This document shows positions 59,006 through 61,932 of a DNA stretch of 61,932 nt, in pieces (the stretch's first letter is position 1; each line of letters starts with the position of its first letter). The DNA lies in contig JAYZFK010000058.1 in assembly GCA_036336835.1 (NCBI GenBank), positions 1 to 61,932 on the forward strand. Reading direction: 5' to 3'. Both the position numbers and the translations under genes were made by a program. Source of the stretch: Myxococcota bacterium. Its GTDB lineage: Bacteria; Myxococcota_A; UBA9160; UBA4427. The notes beneath the pieces are model-generated. The model did no database searches. It was not told the origin of the DNA and worked only from the letters and a program-made list of their open reading frames with translations.

Positions 59006-60130
59006 CTACCCCTCTACCTCCTCGTCCTCGGAGCGAACACTCTCCTCGCCGGCAGATCGGGAGTCGGGCTCGAACAGGTCGAGCTGTCGGCCGCGACTTC
59101 GACCGTTGCCGAGTGCAGCGAGGCGGATCCCGAGCGTTCGCACGGGCCTGGAGCCAGCGTTGGTCCGCTCGAGCAAGCCCTCCGCCACCGCGACGATCTC
59201 CCGCGCGAGTGACACCGGCCGATCGAGGGTACGCGTGCGGGTCGACGCTTCGTGATCGGCGTAGCGAAGCTTGACGGCGACGCGGCGCGCGCCGAGGCCC
59301 TGCCGTCGTAGGGTGTTCTCCAGATTCGTCGCAAGCCGCAGCATCCGCTCGGCGATCGCCGCAAGGTCGAGCTGGGGCTCGGGGAACGTCGTCTCCTGGC
59401 TGAGTGAACTCGGGGCGCGCACCGCCCGTACCCGCTGCTGGTCGTCGCCGCTCGCAAACTCCAGCAAGCGCAGCCCGTGGTTGCCGAGCGCTCGTTCGAG
59501 ATTCGCTACCTCGATCCGCCGCAAATCGCCGACGCACTTGGCGCCGAGCTCGTGCAGTCGGCCGAGCGTCTTGGGACCGACGCCTGGCAGGACCGAGACC
59601 GGAAACGGCGCGAGGAACTCCGCCTCCCGACCGACCGGCACGCGCAGCACACCCGTGGGCCCGGCCTCGGCTGCAGCGATGCGGGCCAGGAACTTCACGC
59701 TGGCGATCCCGACGCGCGAGGCCAATCCGAGCGAACTCGACAATCGCTGGCGAACCGCGGCCGCCACCACCTCCGCCGCACGCTCGCCGCCGGTTGCATC
59801 CAGGAAGGCCGCCTCGAGCCCCGCCGGCTCGAGCCGCTCGACCTCGGCGCGCAGCTCGGCGCGCAACCGCCCCGCCATCTCCCGGTAGCGTTTCATGTCC
59901 GTCCGCACCACACGCGCCCCGATGCAGCGTTCGAGCGCGTCGAGCATCGGCATGCCGAGTTGGACGCCGGCGGCCAGTGCATCGGACGACGCCGACTGCA
60001 CGCGCCCACGCTTGCGGGGATTGCCGCCGACGATGACGGGGCGCGCGCGCTGCTCGGGGGCGAGAGCACGTTCGACCTCTGCGTAGAAGCAGGGCACCTC
60101 GACGAACAGCAGCGTCGGCAGGACGATCAC
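59006..60130 (-). CDS. DinB-like Y-family polymerase homolog with altered catalytic residues
   Basis: FYAEVE, PVIVGG, GMP, LPGVGPKT, S.ETTF, VKLRY, QLDLF; catalytic motifs changed. Confidence 0.85.
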   Translation of the reverse strand: MIVLPTLLFVEVPCFYAEVERALAPEQRARPVIVGGNPRKRGRVQSASSDALAAGVQLGMPMLDALERCIGARVVRTDMKRYREMAGRLRAELRAEVERLEPAGLEAAFLDATGGERAAEVVAAAVRQRLSSSLGLASRVGIASVKFLARIAAAEAGPTGVLRVPVGREAEFLAPFPVSVLPGVGPKTLGRLHELGAKCVGDLRRIEVANLERALGNHGLRLLEFASGDDQQRVRAVRAPSSLSQETTFPEPQLDLAAIAERMLRLATNLENTLRRQGLGARRVAVKLRYADHEASTRTRTLDRPVSLAREIVAVAEGLLERTNAGSRPVRTLGIRLAALGNGRSRGRQLDLFEPDSRSAGEESVRSEDEEVEG

Positions 60131-61932
60131 GGACCGGGCTCGAGCGCCAGGAGCGGCTCCCGCAGCGCATCGATCAGGCCCGGTGCGGTACGCAGTACGC
60201 TCGGCTGGCCAGCGCGCCAGCCCGCCACCGCATCGGCGTAGTGAGGATGCGCCGCCTGCTCGAGCTGCCCCGGCGCGAGGGTCGCGAGCATCTCTTCGCG
60301 GTCCGCGAGATCGACCGCCATGCGATAGGTCGTCGCGCGCACGACCGTGAACTGCGCATCGTGTGCCGCCATCCAGAGCGCTCCCTCGCCACCGCCGAGC
60401 GGCCCGGACAGCTCGACACCACCGCGAGCGAACGGAACGAACGACGCGAAGCGAGCGCTTTGCAGTCGTCCCCAGGTCCAGCGCTCCCGGTTGGGGCCCA
60501 GCTCGTGCGCCAGGCGAGCCCAGGTTTGCCGCAGCGCCTGGAGCAACAGTGGCCGGACTCGCTCGGGATCTGCCCAGCCCGCAGCATTCGACGACCGCGC
60601 GGCGGCCTGCACGACCGCTCGCGCAATGTTCCCGATTCGGGCCTGGGGCAGCGCGCGGTAGCGCTCGAACAGCCCGTCTCCCATCGCGTCCGCAAAGAAG
60701 GCCTCCGACAGCTGCTCGATCATCACGGCGTGGACGGCCGCGGCCCGACTGCCAGTACTGAGCTCTCCATTCCAGCCGAGCAGGATGTCGAGCATCTCCA
60801 GCTCTTCGGGAGCGAGATCGGCTCGCTCACCCACGACCGCCGTCACCGCGCGGACGAAGCCCGCGCCGTCCGCGGAGACCGCGTCGCGCTGGATCTCGAC
60901 CACGTCTCGCATGTCGACCCGCCCCCGGGCCACGTACCGACCCAGCAGCCGATCGAGGCGCGCCGCCCGACGACCGGAGCGCCAGAGCCACTCGGCGTCG
61001 GACGGGGCGCCGCCCGGCCCGTCGCCCCAGCCCGCATCGGCGACGGCGAGCCAGTCGGGCCGTTCGCTGCCAGGTCTCGCCCGCTCCGACGGCACCAGCG
61101 CCGCGCGCGGAAGCTCGTCGAACGGGATCCCGGCGCCCCACTCGTAGGTCCGCAGGCGCCCCGGAACCGGCTGCAGCGAGGTGGGCAACACGCGCCGTGG
61201 CAGCCAGCCAGCCACCTGCAGGCCCCCGGCCCCCCCGGCATCCGCGAACAGGGCGGCGACCACTGGCTCGTGATGGTTGCGGAGCTGCGCGCGCACGGCA
61301 GCGGCCGAGTCGGCTCCGACGATCCCAAGCAGCGAGGTCAGCCCGTCTCCGGCGTGGGCACCCGTCCAGGCGAGCGACAGGGGGGCGCCCTCCCCTTCGA
61401 ACAACGGGTCGATCATCGGGCCGTGGCGGGTGGCTTCGACGACCCATTCTTGCTCGGCAAGCCCGCCCTCGACTCGCACGCGAATGGTCTCGACACGCTG
61501 CTCGACCGGCTTCCAGGCCAGCCCGTCGTGGTAGAGCGATGCCGGCTCGCGCGTCCGCAGGGTCTCTTCGAACCATCCCGTGGTGACAGCGCGGGCGGGC
61601 AGCAGCGCCCAGGCCACCTCCGCGTTGCGACCCAGCCAGGCCACAGGAACACCCGGCACGAAGGCTCCAGCCCACTCGAGCGAGGGCGAGCGGACGTGGC
61701 TCTGGAGCAGCAGGGCCGGCGCTGTGGGCGACAGCTGCCAGTCCGCCGCCAGGATGGGCAGGCCGGTCGCGGTGTGTCGGCCTGCCAGCACCCAGGCCGT
61801 GCCCCCATACAGTGTGGGAACGAATGCGTCGGCGCGCGCCGGCGGCGCGGCCGCGGGCGCGGCCCGCGCCGCCCCCCCCCCCGGGGCGGAGGGGCCCCCC
61901 AGCGCCGGGAGCCCCACCCCCGGCGGCGCGCA
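60127..61932 (-). CDS. Penicillin acylase (S45)-like protein, 3' part (open to right edge), lacking the nucleophile Ser
   Basis: WVLAG.HTATG.PILA.D, PGVP...GRN..VAW, TRHGP, WTWG, PGQ.....HPHYAD. Confidence 0.82.
   Translation of the reverse strand, partial: CAPPGVGLPALGGPSAPGGGAARAAPAAAPPARADAFVPTLYGGTAWVLAGRHTATGLPILAADWQLSPTAPALLLQSHVRSPSLEWAGAFVPGVPVAWLGRNAEVAWALLPARAVTTGWFEETLRTREPASLYHDGLAWKPVEQRVETIRVRVEGGLAEQEWVVEATRHGPMIDPLFEGEGAPLSLAWTGAHAGDGLTSLLGIVGADSAAAVRAQLRNHHEPVVAALFADAGGAGGLQVAGWLPRRVLPTSLQPVPGRLRTYEWGAGIPFDELPRAALVPSERARPGSERPDWLAVADAGWGDGPGGAPSDAEWLWRSGRRAARLDRLLGRYVARGRVDMRDVVEIQRDAVSADGAGFVRAVTAVVGERADLAPEELEMLDILLGWNGELSTGSRAAAVHAVMIEQLSEAFFADAMGDGLFERYRALPQARIGNIARAVVQAAARSSNAAGWADPERVRPLLLQALRQTWARLAHELGPNRERWTWGRLQSARFASFVPFARGGVELSGPLGGGEGALWMAAHDAQFTVVRATTYRMAVDLADREEMLATLAPGQLEQAAHPHYADAVAGWRAGQPSVLRTAPGLIDALREPLLALEPGP

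Noticed and set aside
61840..61932. Extreme G/C homopolymer tract at the right edge
   Set aside because: Probably a low-complexity spacer or low-quality sequence; the ORF-track start at 61917 is not trusted.

Overview
GC-rich, gene-dense bacterial chromosome segment. The RomR-like regulator, MglA-like GTPase and nadC-birA-coaX-fusA2 order point to Myxococcota or a related deltaproteobacterial lineage (inference). No prophage, IS element, integrase or CRISPR array is visible. Content in order: partial ribF; an LptF/G permease; a run of rsmD-coaD-PGM/PMM-coaBC-nfeD-stomatin-hflK-hflC; an XRE regulator; DUF5658-like protein plus lytic transglycosylase; a peptidoglycan turnover/recycling cluster (dacB, fused spmAB, amgK-like, murU-like, MBL hydrolase, anmK); two GT4 and two methyltransferase genes; a 2-TM/coiled-coil protein ending in a RelE-like domain; a PAS histidine kinase, single-domain receiver and sigma54 activator; fliA; a PP2C phosphatase; romR-like; nadC-birA-coaX-EF-G2; a degenerate MglA-like GTPase; a sulfotransferase; envelope-modification membrane proteins; Rrf2-JAB-TolB-like genes; ABC-F; RNase R; tRNA-Leu(CAG); a frameshifted lon; GT4; wcaJ-like; gpgS-like; a PilZ protein; and catalytically degenerate DinB-like and penicillin-acylase-like genes. 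Best leads: (1) a receptor-like membrane protein with a cytoplasmic RelE-fold domain; (2) a MurNAc-recycling operon in which SpmAB and an MBL hydrolase may fill the transporter and phosphatase steps; (3) a sigma54-to-sigma28 cascade with sigma28-like promoters at romR, PP2C, spmAB and pilZ; (4) a structured nadC leader that could switch onto the SD; (5) several pseudo-enzymes. All calls were made by eye from motifs; no database searches were run.
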